NCBI RefSeq assembly: GCF_018350175.1
Contig: NC_058368.1
Location: 3,038,001 to 3,102,000, forward strand
Source of the DNA: Felis catus
Lineage: Eukaryota
DNA length: 64,000 nucleotides
Direction: 5' to 3'
In this document: piece after piece, positions 63,476 to 64,000 of the stretch
How positions within the stretch are numbered: position 1 is the first letter of the stretch
Layout of the letters: every line of letters starts with the position of its first letter
Position numbers and translations under genes: made by a program
The notes under the pieces: model-generated
Told to the model about the DNA's origin: nothing
Seen by the model: only the letters and a program-made list of their open reading frames with translations
Databases searched by the model: none

Positions 63476-64000
63476 TAACAGGCCTCCATATTAATGTCAA
63501 TTGTCATCAGTTGGACCTAGTTGAGGTAACCCTACTTATATGATCTAGACTCTGATTTGTATAGTCCCTATAGTTCTAAAATTGTAGAGTTTATTGCTCT
63601 ATTTTCTGTAAATTTAACTATAAGTAATGTATTTACAGATAATTTTTACTGTTTATCCCCCCGGTTGTAATCATGCATACGCTAGTCCTTTTCGTCCCAT
63701 GCGTACTTAATTATAAAAATAAAGTTCGTCAACAGTTATCTAATAATATATATCTGACAATCCCCTGGTTGCAGTAAATTTCACACATACTGACAGTACT
63801 TTGAGAAAACCAATTTATAGCCCCACTCCCTTCCCAGCAGAATGTTCTTTCTATCTCAGTAATGTCCAGCAGATGAGATTAAGACATGGCGAGCGTTAAG
63901 TGGGGGTATAAAGAAAATTGGCCTGAAACAGCTCAAATTCACAATAGTCCATGCCAGGCATGGCATTTCATTTATCAGGCATCTTAATAAATGCTTCCAT

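Noticed and set aside
1..64000. tRNA genes, CRISPR arrays, prokaryotic or viral systems, NUMTs
   Set aside because: tRNA-like A/B boxes occur only as SINE heads; I saw no repeat-spacer arrays, operon-like ORFs, gag/pol/env or mitochondrial-like sequence

Overview
Mammalian, almost certainly felid (cat-like), non-coding genomic DNA. The species call rests on about 24 carnivore tRNA-derived Can-SINEs, about eight of which match the young feliform SINEC_Fc type, most with perfect target-site duplications (TSDs). Other repeats are four large decayed minus-strand L1 pieces plus one small one, three solo LTRs (MLT1B-, MLT1A- and LTR40-like), DNA transposon remnants (MER58B-, MER5-, Tigger2a- and MER63-like), MIR/L2/L3 relics and many microsatellites. 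I found no credible protein-coding exon, RNA gene or CRISPR array. The only recognisable peptides in the ORF track are broken L1 ORF1/ORF2 fragments and SINE read-throughs. Several repeat-free blocks rich in homeobox/SOX/FOX motifs look like enhancers, so this may be a large intron or gene desert of a developmental gene, but I cannot name the locus. Base composition falls from GC/CpG-rich on the left to AT-rich on the right. I found no evidence for a novel biological system. The most interesting points are retrotransposition oddities (tail-only insertions, a nested SINE, a 5'-intact L1), candidate micro-exons and a GC-rich hairpin next to a CTCF-like site. Repeat subfamily names come from remembered consensus sequences and need RepeatMasker/Dfam confirmation.
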